64,000 nt of DNA. Source: Candidatus Nomurabacteria bacterium (GTDB taxonomy: Bacteria > Patescibacteriota > Patescibacteriia > UBA1558 > GWA2-36-10). The position numbers and the translations under genes were made by a program. Of the stretch, positions 50,915 through 60,952 are shown piece by piece. The DNA lies in the NCBI GenBank assembly GCA_020632415.1, contig JACKFO010000002.1, positions 23,244 to 87,243 of the forward strand, read 5' to 3'. The notes beneath the pieces were generated by a model. The model was not told the origin of the DNA. It ran no database searches and worked only from the letters and a program-made list of their open reading frames with translations. Every line of letters begins with the position of its first letter. Position 1 is the stretch's first letter.

Positions 50915-52399
50915 ATGGAATTAAAATTTTGTAAATCAAATACAATAGAACAGGGAACGGATTTGTTGTTTTATCCGGTCTTAAATGACCAGATAAAAAT
51001 AAATCTTTTGCTAAAAAATTTGACCACAGATCAGAGTGTTTTAAGTCGTTTGGACAAAGAAAAATTTACTGGCAAAAAAGCTCAGATTTTTAGTTTTCAA
51101 ATTTCTGAAACAACAGTTATTTTTTATGGTACAGGAAATGAGCAAAAAATGAATCAAGAAGATTGGCGTCAAGCTAGTGGATTTTTAGGTAATTATATTT
51201 TAAATAACAAAATTAAAAGTTTAGCCTTAGAGCCAAGCGCTTGGTTTAAATCTGCGACTGAAATAGAAAAATTAGCTCAAAGCATCTCAGAGGGTTTAAA
51301 CTTGGCTTTGTATAATTTTGATAAGTATCAGAACAAAAAAGAAAAAGAAAATAATCTAGAAGTAATTTTTGTTTGTCTTGATGCCAAGAAAAGAAATCTG
51401 TTTAAGAAGTTTTGGGAGAGAGGATTATTTTTTGCTCAAGGAACAATGCTTGCTCGTGATTTAATCAATGAACCAGCGGGTGTAATGACGCCAACTTTTT
51501 TGGCTAAGCAAGCCGAGGAGATTGCTAATAAAAATCATAAAGAAATTAAATTGAAAATTTTAGAAAAAGAAGCAGTAGAAAAATTAGGTATGCAGGCTTT
51601 TTTGGGGGTTGATCGTGGCTCAGAAGAACCTTTGAAGTTTATTCATTTAAAGTATTTACCCAAACAAAAAGCCAAGGATAAGGTTGCTATTGTTGGCAAG
51701 GGAATCACTTTTGATAGCGGAGGTTTAAATATCAAAGTTGGTGAAGGTATGACCGATATGAAGATGGATATGGGCGGTGCAGCAACTGTTTTAGGTTTAT
51801 TTTCAGTTTTAGCAGAACTGAAGCCAAAAATAGAAGTTCACGGCATTATTGCTGCTTGTGAAAATATGCCTTCAGGATCTGCTTTAAAACCCGGTGATGT
51901 AGTTACTAATTTGCAGGGCAAGACAATTGAAATTGGCAATACTGACGCAGAAGGTCGAGTGACCTTAGCTGATTCTTTGGCTTATGCTCAAAAGCAAAAA
52001 GTCAGCACGGTAGTTGATTTGGCAACTTTGACTGGCGCTTGTATCGTTGCCTTGGGAAGCGAGTATGCCGCTTTGTATGCTAATCAAGATCTTTTAGCCA
52101 AAGATTTATTAAAAGCAGCAGAGACCAGTGGAGAAAAAATGTGGCTGATGCCTTTGCCGGAAGAGTATAGAGAATTAAATAAAAGCAGCATTGCTGATAT
52201 TCGCAATATTCCTAATTCTCGTGGCGGAGGTTCAATTACCGCAGCTTTATTTTTGAGCGAATTTATTGAGGCAGGCACAGCTTGGGCGCACTTAGATATT
52301 GCTGGTCCTGCTTATGCTGAGAAAGCTTTGAATACTTATACGCCAATTGGTGGTGTTGGCTACGGAGTACGAACTCTTTTGGAATGGCTAGATAACTAA
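50915..52399 (+). CDS. pepA: leucyl aminopeptidase (M17)
   Basis: NTDAEGRVTLADSLAYA motif and metal ligands. Confidence 0.85.
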   Translation: MELKFCKSNTIEQGTDLLFYPVLNDQIKINLLLKNLTTDQSVLSRLDKEKFTGKKAQIFSFQISETTVIFYGTGNEQKMNQEDWRQASGFLGNYILNNKIKSLALEPSAWFKSATEIEKLAQSISEGLNLALYNFDKYQNKKEKENNLEVIFVCLDAKKRNLFKKFWERGLFFAQGTMLARDLINEPAGVMTPTFLAKQAEEIANKNHKEIKLKILEKEAVEKLGMQAFLGVDRGSEEPLKFIHLKYLPKQKAKDKVAIVGKGITFDSGGLNIKVGEGMTDMKMDMGGAATVLGLFSVLAELKPKIEVHGIIAACENMPSGSALKPGDVVTNLQGKTIEIGNTDAEGRVTLADSLAYAQKQKVSTVVDLATLTGACIVALGSEYAALYANQDLLAKDLLKAAETSGEKMWLMPLPEEYRELNKSSIADIRNIPNSRGGGSITAALFLSEFIEAGTAWAHLDIAGPAYAEKALNTYTPIGGVGYGVRTLLEWLDN

Positions 52400-52429
52400 A
52401 TTGACATTTAGTTTTAATAATGTTAGCTT

Positions 52430-52716
52430 AAAGTCGAATTTAAGCACATTCCCACCTTGAGTTACTCATTCTGGTTCCACCCACCCAAAGGCACGCCCTT
52501 ATCCACTATTTACCACGATTTGTCCTGTGTCCAGAATGCGTTGACTCAAAAATCCTCCCCAAAGGTCCCCGGGGAGGATTTTATATTTGACAGGAAATTA
52601 AAACTATGTTATTTTAGCAAAGTCAGATTCTAATGAATCATTCGCCCCTTCCTTAGGCCGCATTGCCGGCCGTTCCGTGTACCTGGGGACCCTTGCTTCG
52701 CGCGGGGGTCCCTATT
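52430..52716. ncRNA. GC-rich, hairpin-dense intergenic block between convergent genes (pepA + / pth -); candidate structured RNA of unknown class, or stacked terminators
   Basis: GC visibly higher than the flanks. Hairpins tcctcccc...ggggagga+TTTT (52553-52582), ggccg-cattg-ccggcc (~52655-52670), gggaccc...gggtccc+TTTT (~52685-52717). No confident ORF; no match to tRNA/tmRNA/RNase P/SRP motifs found by eye. Confidence 0.25.
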
Positions 52717-53271
52717 TTAATTATATTTATTTGCAGCCAACTCTTTGCCTTCTTTCAAGATATTTTCTAGAGCCAAATGACTAGTGTCGATAATTTCAGT
52801 TAGTTGTTTTTTTTGAGCAACTGAAAATTTTTGTAAAACAAACTTTTCCGCTGGTCCTTTTTGAGGGGCAATTCCTAAACGGAGACGAATAAATTCTTTG
52901 CTTTTTAAGTATTGAATAATCGAGCTTACACCATTGTGTCCGCCGGCAGAACGGTTATAAGAAATTTTTATTTTCCCAAAATCAAGATCCAAGTCATCGT
53001 AAATAATTACGATATTTTCAGTTTTAATTTTATAGAACCTTTTCAAATTAGCAACCGCAAATCCAGAATCATTCATAAAAGTCAGTGGTCTTGCGAGAAT
53101 GATCTTTTCTTTTCCTAAAATAAATTCACAAGTTTCAGCTTTTTCTTTTTTGCGTTCTTGCCATTTTAGCTGATGTTTTTTGGCCAATTCTTCTAAGGCT
53201 AAAAAGCCAAAATTATGACGAGTAAGTTGGTATTCTGTTCCAGGATTTCCTAAGCCAATGATTAATTTCAT
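52717..53271 (-). CDS. pth: peptidyl-tRNA hydrolase
   Basis: MKLIIGLGNPG...TRHNFGF signature. Confidence 0.9.
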   Translation of the reverse strand: MKLIIGLGNPGTEYQLTRHNFGFLALEELAKKHQLKWQERKKEKAETCEFILGKEKIILARPLTFMNDSGFAVANLKRFYKIKTENIVIIYDDLDLDFGKIKISYNRSAGGHNGVSSIIQYLKSKEFIRLRLGIAPQKGPAEKFVLQKFSVAQKKQLTEIIDTSHLALENILKEGKELAANKYN

Positions 53272-53291
53272 ATGCTTTTTGCTTAAAGATT

Positions 53292-54647
53292 TTATTTGTC
53301 TTGAGCGTTCTGAGATTTTTGTTGATGAATTCTGATCGGTACACCAACAAAACCAAATTTATATCTTAAGTTATTTTCAATAAAATTAAGATAAGAAAGA
53401 TGCATCGTGGCTTTGAAGTCTACTTTGACGGCGAAAGTTGGCGGATTAGTTTTTAGTTGTTTTAGAGAATAAATGTAAGGATGTTTAGTGCCTTTTCCTC
53501 TGGCTGGTTTGTGTTTTTTGACTAGTTTTTTTAACAACTTATCTAAAGCATTTTCATCTATTTTTTTAAATTTTTCTTTATAAACTTCGACAATAGTTGG
53601 AAAAATTTTGTGGAGATTATTTTTTGTTTCAGCAGAAGTAAAGAAGATAGGAGCCCAAGGAAGATAAGGCAATTGTGCTCGGTAATAGTCGGTAAATTTT
53701 TGTGCAGTATCAGTGTCTTTGTCTGGTACTAAGTCCCATTTATTAACTAAGATAATAATGCCCACACCAGCTTCTTCTAATTCTTTGGCTAGTCTTTTAT
53801 CTTGAAAGCCTATCTTTTCCTGAGCGTCTAGTACAAAAATAGCGATATCTGCTTTTTTGATGCTTTCTAAGCTTTGCTCAACACTTTGTTTTTCAAAAGG
53901 GTCGATTGCCTTGCGACTTCGGCGACGCATGCCCGCAGTGTCAATAAAAGTGATGCTTTGTTTAAAATAGCTTACTTTAATATCTTGTGAGTCACGGGTA
54001 GTGTGTGGCGTTGGTGAAACAATTACTCTTTCTTGTCCCAAGAGAGCATTGATCAAAGAAGATTTTCCGACATTTGGCTGACCAACTAAAGCTACTTTGA
54101 TAATGTCCACATCTTCAGTTTTGGTTATTTTGGTACTTGGTTTTTTGATTTTTTTTAATTTTTTGACAACTTGGTCCAATAAGTCGCCGGTACCAACTCC
54201 ACTAGCTGCTGAAATTAAATGTGGGTCGCCGATGTTTAGTTGGTAAAATTCAGCGCTTTGATTACGTAGTTTATTATTATCTGCTTTATTGGCAACTAAT
54301 AAAACTTCTTTTTTTAATGGTCGGAGTATTTTTAAAATATTTCGATCATCAGGCATGATGCCGGTTTTGACATCGACTACAAATAAGATCAAATCAGCCT
54401 CTTTGGCGGCAATCAGTATTTGTTTGGTGATCTCTTCGTCGATCTCATTTTCTGCTTTAGCTAGACCACCGGTATCGATAATTTCAAAATCAAGATCACG
54501 CCAAGAACAAATGGCATAATTACGATCACGAGTTGTACCGGCAACTTTTGAGGTAATGGCTTTTTTTTCAGAAATCAAAACATTAAACAAACTTGATTTG
54601 CCGACGTTGACCCTACCAATGATAGCTACTTTATAAAGTTTAGACAT
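53292..54647 (-). CDS. der: ribosome-biogenesis GTPase Der (EngA)
   Basis: Two tandem G domains (GRVNVGKSSLFN / GQPNVGKSSLIN) plus a KH-like C-terminus. Confidence 0.9.
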   Translation of the reverse strand: MSKLYKVAIIGRVNVGKSSLFNVLISEKKAITSKVAGTTRDRNYAICSWRDLDFEIIDTGGLAKAENEIDEEITKQILIAAKEADLILFVVDVKTGIMPDDRNILKILRPLKKEVLLVANKADNNKLRNQSAEFYQLNIGDPHLISAASGVGTGDLLDQVVKKLKKIKKPSTKITKTEDVDIIKVALVGQPNVGKSSLINALLGQERVIVSPTPHTTRDSQDIKVSYFKQSITFIDTAGMRRRSRKAIDPFEKQSVEQSLESIKKADIAIFVLDAQEKIGFQDKRLAKELEEAGVGIIILVNKWDLVPDKDTDTAQKFTDYYRAQLPYLPWAPIFFTSAETKNNLHKIFPTIVEVYKEKFKKIDENALDKLLKKLVKKHKPARGKGTKHPYIYSLKQLKTNPPTFAVKVDFKATMHLSYLNFIENNLRYKFGFVGVPIRIHQQKSQNAQDK

Positions 54648-54651
54648 TTTT

Positions 54652-56238
54652 TTATTCTTGATCTTGATTAGTTGCTTCTATTGAAGAGCTTGTAGTGCTA
54701 GTATTAAATAAACTTGGATCAATTGTGGTAACAATTTCTAAATTCTCATCAATTACCTGATCTTGACCTAAAATAATTAAAAAATCTAAATCAGCAAATT
54801 CATTATTTTCATCTCTGATGTCCCAAGCCTCTGTTATTTTTTGATTAGAATATTCATCCGGAATATTAGTCAGAGCTTTGGTGGCAAAGATTTTTTCTAG
54901 AGTTTTACGAGTGTTTTCTTTATTTCCAGAGTAATCATACAGGATTGTCTGCTTTTTGTCTTGCTCCAAAGCATTGCCATATCTTAAGACTGAGTAGCCC
55001 ATATAGTTTAAATGATTGACGCCTTGCAGGGCTAATCCTGGAACTTCGGTGCCGTTTTGGATGACAATGTTGGCTTTTTCTTCACTGACTTCTTGTAAGT
55101 CAAAGATATTGGCGGCTAATTTTTGGATTTGCTCAAAGTTACCAGTGACTGGTTGTAAAATATAAGCCCCGTCTAGAGCAATGCCAGCTTTTAAAAATCC
55201 ACCTGGACGAGCATCAATTGATTGACTGACAATTTGTTGACTGTCTAGTCCTTTGACCATGTGAACTAATTTTACAGCCTCCCAAGGCTCTAAATCAGTT
55301 TGAGTGTATTGATTAACCAAAGAAAAAAGATCGGTAATTTTTTTGGGGTTAATCAAAGTGTTGAAAGAAGTAATTTTATCTTTTAAGGCGCTTAATATTT
55401 TTTGTTGTCTGATACTACGAGAAAAGTCAGATCCTTCGCCATTGTTGCCGTGACGGGACCTGGCAAAACGTAAGGCAGTTAAACCATCCATTTCTTGTTC
55501 GCCTTGTTCAAAAGAAATTACTTGATATTTATAATCTTCAGTTGGAAATTGATAATCAGTAAAATCTCGATCAACAGTGACATCGACGCCACCAAGAGAA
55601 TCGATGATCTCCACAAAGCCTTGAAAATCAACAGAAACAAAATAGTGAATTGGCAAGCCTAATGTTTCGCTGACAATTTCTTTGGTGAAAGCACCGCCGT
55701 CTCCAGTTTGGTTTTTGCCAATAGTATAAACACTATTAATTTTTTTATAGTTATTTTTAGAAACTGGCACAATCATGTCACGAGGGATAGAAATTAGAGC
55801 AGCTTTTTTACTTGATGGTTGAAAACTAGCCAAAATGATTGTGTCGGTTAAATATGGACCACTATGTCCTTCTCCGCCCATTCCCAAGATCAAAAAGTTA
55901 ATTCGATCTTCTTGTTCACCTTGTAAATATTTTTCAGCAGGGGAGACAATATTGAAAATTTGTCTAAGTAAATAACTATGTTTAATTCCAGACAAAAAGC
56001 TGTTATTTCCATCGGCTAAAATATTACTCAATAAACCCAAAAAAATTATTGAAAAGATAAAAAAATAGGAAATTTTTTTCCTGCGTTTGGAGTTTTTTGA
56101 AGTAGTACGATTTGCTTGAGGGGTTTTTGTTGAGCTTGTTTGGTGAATGATTTCTGGTCTTTTTTGAAGCTCTATTTGATGTTCTTCTTCAATGAAGTTT
56201 ATCTTCTTTTTTGTAAAATCAGAGGCAGCCATTGGCAA
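54652..56238 (-). CDS. LytR-CpsA-Psr (LCP) family cell-envelope phosphotransferase with C-terminal extension
   Basis: N-terminal anchor; LCP core (RINFLILGMGGEG...ALISIPRDMIVPV...). Confidence 0.8.
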   Translation of the reverse strand: MPMAASDFTKKKINFIEEEHQIELQKRPEIIHQTSSTKTPQANRTTSKNSKRRKKISYFFIFSIIFLGLLSNILADGNNSFLSGIKHSYLLRQIFNIVSPAEKYLQGEQEDRINFLILGMGGEGHSGPYLTDTIILASFQPSSKKAALISIPRDMIVPVSKNNYKKINSVYTIGKNQTGDGGAFTKEIVSETLGLPIHYFVSVDFQGFVEIIDSLGGVDVTVDRDFTDYQFPTEDYKYQVISFEQGEQEMDGLTALRFARSRHGNNGEGSDFSRSIRQQKILSALKDKITSFNTLINPKKITDLFSLVNQYTQTDLEPWEAVKLVHMVKGLDSQQIVSQSIDARPGGFLKAGIALDGAYILQPVTGNFEQIQKLAANIFDLQEVSEEKANIVIQNGTEVPGLALQGVNHLNYMGYSVLRYGNALEQDKKQTILYDYSGNKENTRKTLEKIFATKALTNIPDEYSNQKITEAWDIRDENNEFADLDFLIILGQDQVIDENLEIVTTIDPSLFNTSTTSSSIEATNQDQE

Positions 56239-56386
56239 TATAAAATGCTTATTATTTTAAATAAAAGTACTTGCATTATACAAGAAATAAGGGCCTAAAG
56301 TCAATGCCTTGAGATTAGAGTAAAAAGTCTAAGTTTGCCTTAAATTTGGGCATTGTGTATAATGATTTTGTTTAATTTATATATTT

Positions 56387-57049
56387 ATGGAAAATGAAAA
56401 ATATTCAGTTGAAGCAGAAAATAATTCAGCTGATCCCTTAGAAAATATTAAAGAGGTAGAAAGCCAAGATTTAAATTTGGATAATTTTTCCTCTGATAAT
56501 GAAAATATTGTTTTGGTTTGGGCTAAGAAATTTGGTCTTTTGGTCTTTGAGGTTTTAAAAGTAGTTTTGATTTCCTTGGCTATTATTTTGCCAGTTAGAA
56601 TGTTTTTGATTCAACCTTTCTACGTTGAAGGTGCTTCGATGGAGCCAAATTTTTATGACAAAGAATATTTAATCATCGATGAAATATCTTATCGTTTTGA
56701 TCAACCAGAGCGGGGAGAGGTAATTGTTTTTCGCAATCCAAAAAATACTAAACAATATTATATCAAAAGAGTAATTGGCTTGCCTGGTGAAACAATAGAA
56801 ATTCATTCTGGCGATGTTTTTATCAATGGTCAGCAGATTTCCGAACCTTATGTTAAAGATTTGTCTAGCCAAAGTTTTCCAGAATTAACTTTAGCAGACG
56901 ATGAATATTTTGTTTTAGGTGATAATCGACAGGTCAGTCAAGACTCTCGGTATTTTAAAGCGCTAAATGAAAAATATATTATTGGTAAAGTTTGGTTTCG
57001 TGGTTGGCCAATAGATCGAATAGCCACTTTTAATCCGCCAAGCTACTAA
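56387..57049 (+). CDS. lepB: signal peptidase I
   Basis: Catalytic Ser box (GASMEPNF), KR box (YIKRVIGLPGE), GDNRQVSQDSRYF. Confidence 0.85.
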   Translation: MENEKYSVEAENNSADPLENIKEVESQDLNLDNFSSDNENIVLVWAKKFGLLVFEVLKVVLISLAIILPVRMFLIQPFYVEGASMEPNFYDKEYLIIDEISYRFDQPERGEVIVFRNPKNTKQYYIKRVIGLPGETIEIHSGDVFINGQQISEPYVKDLSSQSFPELTLADDEYFVLGDNRQVSQDSRYFKALNEKYIIGKVWFRGWPIDRIATFNPPSY

Positions 57050-57070
57050 AAATTTTTAAGTCAAAATTTT

Positions 57071-58405
57071 ATGGCCAGCAAAAAAAAATCTAAAAAAACT
57101 CAAGTACAATTAATCAAGGGGATGAAAGATATTCTTCCTTCTGAGCAATTGATTTGGGATTTTATCAAGAAACAAGTATTTTCTCTTGCTCGAGATTATG
57201 GCTTTTCTTTGATCGAAACACCAATTGTTGAATCAACTCAGCTTTTTAAACGAGCGGTTGGTGAAGAAACTGATGCTGTTTCAAAAGAAATGTATTCTTT
57301 TGTTGATCAAGGTGGTGAGAAATTATCTTTACGTCCAGAAAATACTGCCGGAGTAGTCAGGGCTTACATTGAACACGGCATGCTTAATTTACCTCAACCA
57401 GTAAAATTGTTTTATTTTGCTCCACAATTTAGGCACGACAAACCGCAAGCTGGACGTTATCGTCAGTTTTGGCAATTTGGTTTTGAAGTAATTGGTGAAA
57501 AAGATCCGATTATTGATGCGCAATTAATAAGTATGTCCTATGTTATTTTGCAAGAATTAGGAATTACAGCCCAAATTCAGATTAATAGCATTGGTGATGA
57601 GAATTGCCGTCCGAGATATATCAAAGCTTTAACTCAATATTTTAAAGAACACAAAAAAGATTTGTGTGCTGATTGTCAAAAACGTTTATTAAAAAATCCA
57701 CTTCGTTTGTTAGATTGTAAAGTAAAAAAATGTCAGGATATTGGACAAGCGGCTCCGCAAATGATTGATTATCTTTGTGAAGATTGTAATAAAGATTTTA
57801 CTGCCGTTTTAGAATATTTAGATGAATTAGATATTAATTACACTTTGAATCCAAAAATAGTCAGAGGTTTAGATTATTACACCAAAACTGCTTGGGAGAT
57901 CGTTGAGGGCGATGAAGAAGGAAAGTTGCAGGCTTTAGGTGGCGGAGGACGTTATGATGACTTGGTGGCAAATTTGGGCGGAAGAGAAACACCGGCCATT
58001 GGCTTTGCTATGGGAGTTGAGAGAGTGATTAATAAAATGAAAGAAAAGAAAGTAGAATTACCAGCTGCGCATCGTCCAGATGTTTATCTTGCTCAATTAG
58101 GTGAAGAAGCAAGGAAAAAAAGTTTGCGTCTAATGAAAGAATTAAGAGAGGCTGGAATTTCAATTTCAGAAGATGTTTATAAAAATGGTTTAAAAAATCA
58201 GTTAGAGCTCGCTGATCATCGTCATGCAAAATATGCTTTGATCATGGGGCAGAAAGAGATTTCTGACGAAACAATTTTGATTAGAGATATGGAGAGTGGC
58301 GTTCAGGAAACCGTTGATTATAAAAAAGTAGTCAAAGAAGTCCAAAAGCGTTTAAATGCTCGGGTTGTGGAAAAAGTTTTAAAAATCAAAGCAGTCAAAA
58401 AATAA
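57071..58405 (+). CDS. hisS: histidyl-tRNA synthetase (with Cys-rich insertion)
   Basis: Class II motifs and HisA/HisB peptides; six Cys in aa ~199-239; terminator hairpin at 58428-58464. Confidence 0.9.
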   Translation: MASKKKSKKTQVQLIKGMKDILPSEQLIWDFIKKQVFSLARDYGFSLIETPIVESTQLFKRAVGEETDAVSKEMYSFVDQGGEKLSLRPENTAGVVRAYIEHGMLNLPQPVKLFYFAPQFRHDKPQAGRYRQFWQFGFEVIGEKDPIIDAQLISMSYVILQELGITAQIQINSIGDENCRPRYIKALTQYFKEHKKDLCADCQKRLLKNPLRLLDCKVKKCQDIGQAAPQMIDYLCEDCNKDFTAVLEYLDELDINYTLNPKIVRGLDYYTKTAWEIVEGDEEGKLQALGGGGRYDDLVANLGGRETPAIGFAMGVERVINKMKEKKVELPAAHRPDVYLAQLGEEARKKSLRLMKELREAGISISEDVYKNGLKNQLELADHRHAKYALIMGQKEISDETILIRDMESGVQETVDYKKVVKEVQKRLNARVVEKVLKIKAVKK

Positions 58406-58551
58406 CATTTTTTCAGTTAAATTTTAGTCCCAGCAAGCAAATGCTTGTTGGGATTGACTTTTTGCAAAAAATTTGTCATTATAATAGAAGAATAAAGTCT
58501 GAGATTTTATTCTAAGAATAATTTAGATAATACAGAAAGAGAGGTGCTAAT

Positions 58552-58794
58552 ATGCTAGAAGTTAAGAAAAAAGACAATGAGTCTTTTGAGAGTTTGATCC
58601 GAAGATTTACCAAGAAAACCATTCAAAGTGGTAAGATTTTGCAAGCGAAAAAAGTACGTTTTCATACTGGCAAAAGTTCAAGACGTGAACAAAAAGAAAC
58701 TGCTTTACGTCGCATTGACATGACCGATAAGATTGACTACTTAAAACGCGTTGGCAAATTAGATGATTTCTTTAATCGTCGTTATAATAAATAG
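58552..58794 (+). CDS. rpsU: 30S ribosomal protein S21
   Basis: Basic 80-aa protein with the S21 pattern (...RRFTKK...KVRFHTGKSSRREQKE...); SD GAGAGGTG. Confidence 0.8.
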   Translation: MLEVKKKDNESFESLIRRFTKKTIQSGKILQAKKVRFHTGKSSRREQKETALRRIDMTDKIDYLKRVGKLDDFFNRRYNK

Positions 58795-58849
58795 TCTTTA
58801 GTTTCTGCTTAGATGAATCTTTATCTAAGCAGCATATTGATGATTATCT

Positions 58850-59293
58850 ATGGAATTATTAGAAAAAATTGAGCAAGATTTTAAAGAAGCGCTTAGAACT
58901 AAACAAGAGTTAAAATTGTCGGTTTTGAGAATGTTAAAAACTTCTTTGAAAAATCAAGCCATTGCTGATAAAAAACCAGAGACAGAAATGTCAGAACAGG
59001 ATATTTTTTTAGTTTTAAAAAGAGAGCTTAAAAAACGTAATGATGCTGTAGCCTCTTTTGAACAAGGAAATCGTCCAGAACTTGCCGCTCAAGAAAGGCA
59101 AGAGGCTGAAATTTTATCAGCTTATTTGCCAGCCGCAATGTCTGAAGAGGAGCTACAAAAAATAGTTGACGAAGTAATTGCTGGCGGTGTAGAAAATTTT
59201 GGCCAAGCAATGAAAGAAATAATGCAAAGAACTCAAGGCCAGGCTGACGGACAAGTTGTTCAAGCTTTGGTGAAAGCTAAACTAGCTAATTAG
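58850..59293 (+). CDS. GatB/YqeY domain protein
   Basis: YqeY-like helical domain; conserved rpsU-yqeY gene order. Confidence 0.75.
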   Translation: MELLEKIEQDFKEALRTKQELKLSVLRMLKTSLKNQAIADKKPETEMSEQDIFLVLKRELKKRNDAVASFEQGNRPELAAQERQEAEILSAYLPAAMSEEELQKIVDEVIAGGVENFGQAMKEIMQRTQGQADGQVVQALVKAKLAN

Positions 59294-59319
59294 TTTTTTA
59301 TTTTTTAACTTACAATCCC

Positions 59320-60915
59320 ATGCTAACAAAAAGAAAGATAACTGTTTTTCTAATTATTTTAACAGCAGTTATTTTTTTGTTGCCAGATTTAGTCTCGGCT
59401 CAAACCGTCAGTAATTTTGGTGTTAATGATTTAGTTGATACTGGCTTAGGTACTAGAGACATTAGAGAAACAATTGCTTTGATTATCAATGTTATCCTTG
59501 GTTTCTTAGGAATTTTGGCAACTCTAATTATAATTTACGCTGGTTGGACCTGGATGACTTCTCAGGGTGAGGCTGATAAGATTGAAAAAGCTAAAAAAAC
59601 CATAGTCAGCGCAGTGATTGGTCTGGTAATTATTTTAGCTTCTTATGGAATTGCTCGTTTTATTTTAAAACAAATTTCTGACGCTACTGGCTATGATGGC
59701 CCAGGAAGTGGCGGCGGCTATGTTGGTGGAGTTGGTATTGGTGGTGGAATAATCGAGAGTCATTATCCAGCTAGAAACGCCACCGATGTTCCTCGCAATA
59801 CTAATATCTATATTACTTTTAAAGAGCCAATGAATCTTGATGATTTAACGACTGCTGTTGATTGTGATTTTGATTTGTGTGCCAAAGTAGATAATTTAAT
59901 CCTTACTGATCGGACAAATAGCACTGTTTTTGATAATACAAAGTTAAAAGTAATAGTCAGCGCTGATCATAAGGTTTTTGCCTTTAATCCTTATGACACA
60001 GATGCAGGCTTACATCTAGGAAACGCTAATGGTGAGACAGAATATAATTTTGCTTTAAGTAATAATATCCACAAAGAAAACGGGGACTTAGCCTTTGGTT
60101 TAAACGGTTATGATTGGGATTTCACAATTAGCAATGAAATAGACTTGACTCCACCAACAGTGACTTCAGTTATTCCGGTAGCAAGCTCTGTTAATCCTCG
60201 TAATACTGTAGTTCAAGTTAATTTTTCAGAAGCAGTTAATCCAATGCTCGCTTCTGGTGTTTATCCGGATTTTACTAATTTGACAACTAAAAATAGCACA
60301 GCAACAATCATTAGCGGTCAATATTTGATTTCTAATCAATATCAGACTGTAGAATTTTTGACCAATGATTTATGTGGAACAAATTCTTGTGGCGGTGATG
60401 TTTATTGTTTGCCAGCTAATGAAAGTTTGACTTCAGAAGTGACTGACTTAATCAAAGATATGGCTGATAATCAGCTTGATGGAAATGGCGATGGAATAGC
60501 TGGTGGAAATTATATTTGGTCTTTTTCGACTAATGATACGATTGATTTGTCACCTCCAGAAATTAGCTCAATGCAAAGTGTTTCTGATGTTGATCTATCT
60601 GCTCCAGTTCAAGTAAGTTTTAATAAGAATCTTTTGACTTCCTCGGTTAATTCTGAGCATGTTAAATTAGTCAAAACTCCAGCTACGGCGATAAATTATT
60701 GGTTAAACGTCGTTTCTGGAAAAGCGATTAGAATTTCTCATGATAAATTTGATTCTTTGACTCAATATAAACCAACTTTGTTATCTGGCATTCAAGATGT
60801 CTATCAGAATTGTTGGTACCCTTGCGCTTGTGATGACCCAACCGGGCATTCTTGTGCTTGTGATACTGACTTTAGTTTGGAGTGCGCTTCTGGCTTGCAT
60901 TGTGAAGAAAATTAA
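59320..60915 (+). CDS. secreted/membrane protein with N-terminal TrbC/VirB2-like pilin domain and Cys-rich C-terminal extracellular region
   Basis: Signal peptide; two hydrophobic helices split by the short polar loop GWTWMTSQGEADKIEKAKK; Gly-rich linker; paralogous to the next gene. Confidence 0.55.
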   Translation: MLTKRKITVFLIILTAVIFLLPDLVSAQTVSNFGVNDLVDTGLGTRDIRETIALIINVILGFLGILATLIIIYAGWTWMTSQGEADKIEKAKKTIVSAVIGLVIILASYGIARFILKQISDATGYDGPGSGGGYVGGVGIGGGIIESHYPARNATDVPRNTNIYITFKEPMNLDDLTTAVDCDFDLCAKVDNLILTDRTNSTVFDNTKLKVIVSADHKVFAFNPYDTDAGLHLGNANGETEYNFALSNNIHKENGDLAFGLNGYDWDFTISNEIDLTPPTVTSVIPVASSVNPRNTVVQVNFSEAVNPMLASGVYPDFTNLTTKNSTATIISGQYLISNQYQTVEFLTNDLCGTNSCGGDVYCLPANESLTSEVTDLIKDMADNQLDGNGDGIAGGNYIWSFSTNDTIDLSPPEISSMQSVSDVDLSAPVQVSFNKNLLTSSVNSEHVKLVKTPATAINYWLNVVSGKAIRISHDKFDSLTQYKPTLLSGIQDVYQNCWYPCACDDPTGHSCACDTDFSLECASGLHCEEN

Positions 60916-60952
60916 TTTTGATAAATAAAAAATAAAAAGATAATCTAAAAAA

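Noticed and set aside
52430-52716. tmRNA (ssrA), RNase P RNA or T-box assignment for the GC-rich intergenic block
   Set aside because: No tRNA-like acceptor/T-arm (GGTTCGAnTCC, CCA end). No P4 helix consensus (AGGAAAGUCCGGGC / ACAGAACCCGGCUUA). The best frame gives ...ANDSLESDFAKIT*, which lacks a hydrophobic (A/L)AA-type tag ending. The GGGTGGAACC run is not a T-box (wrong context and strand). Retained only as an unclassified structured-RNA candidate.
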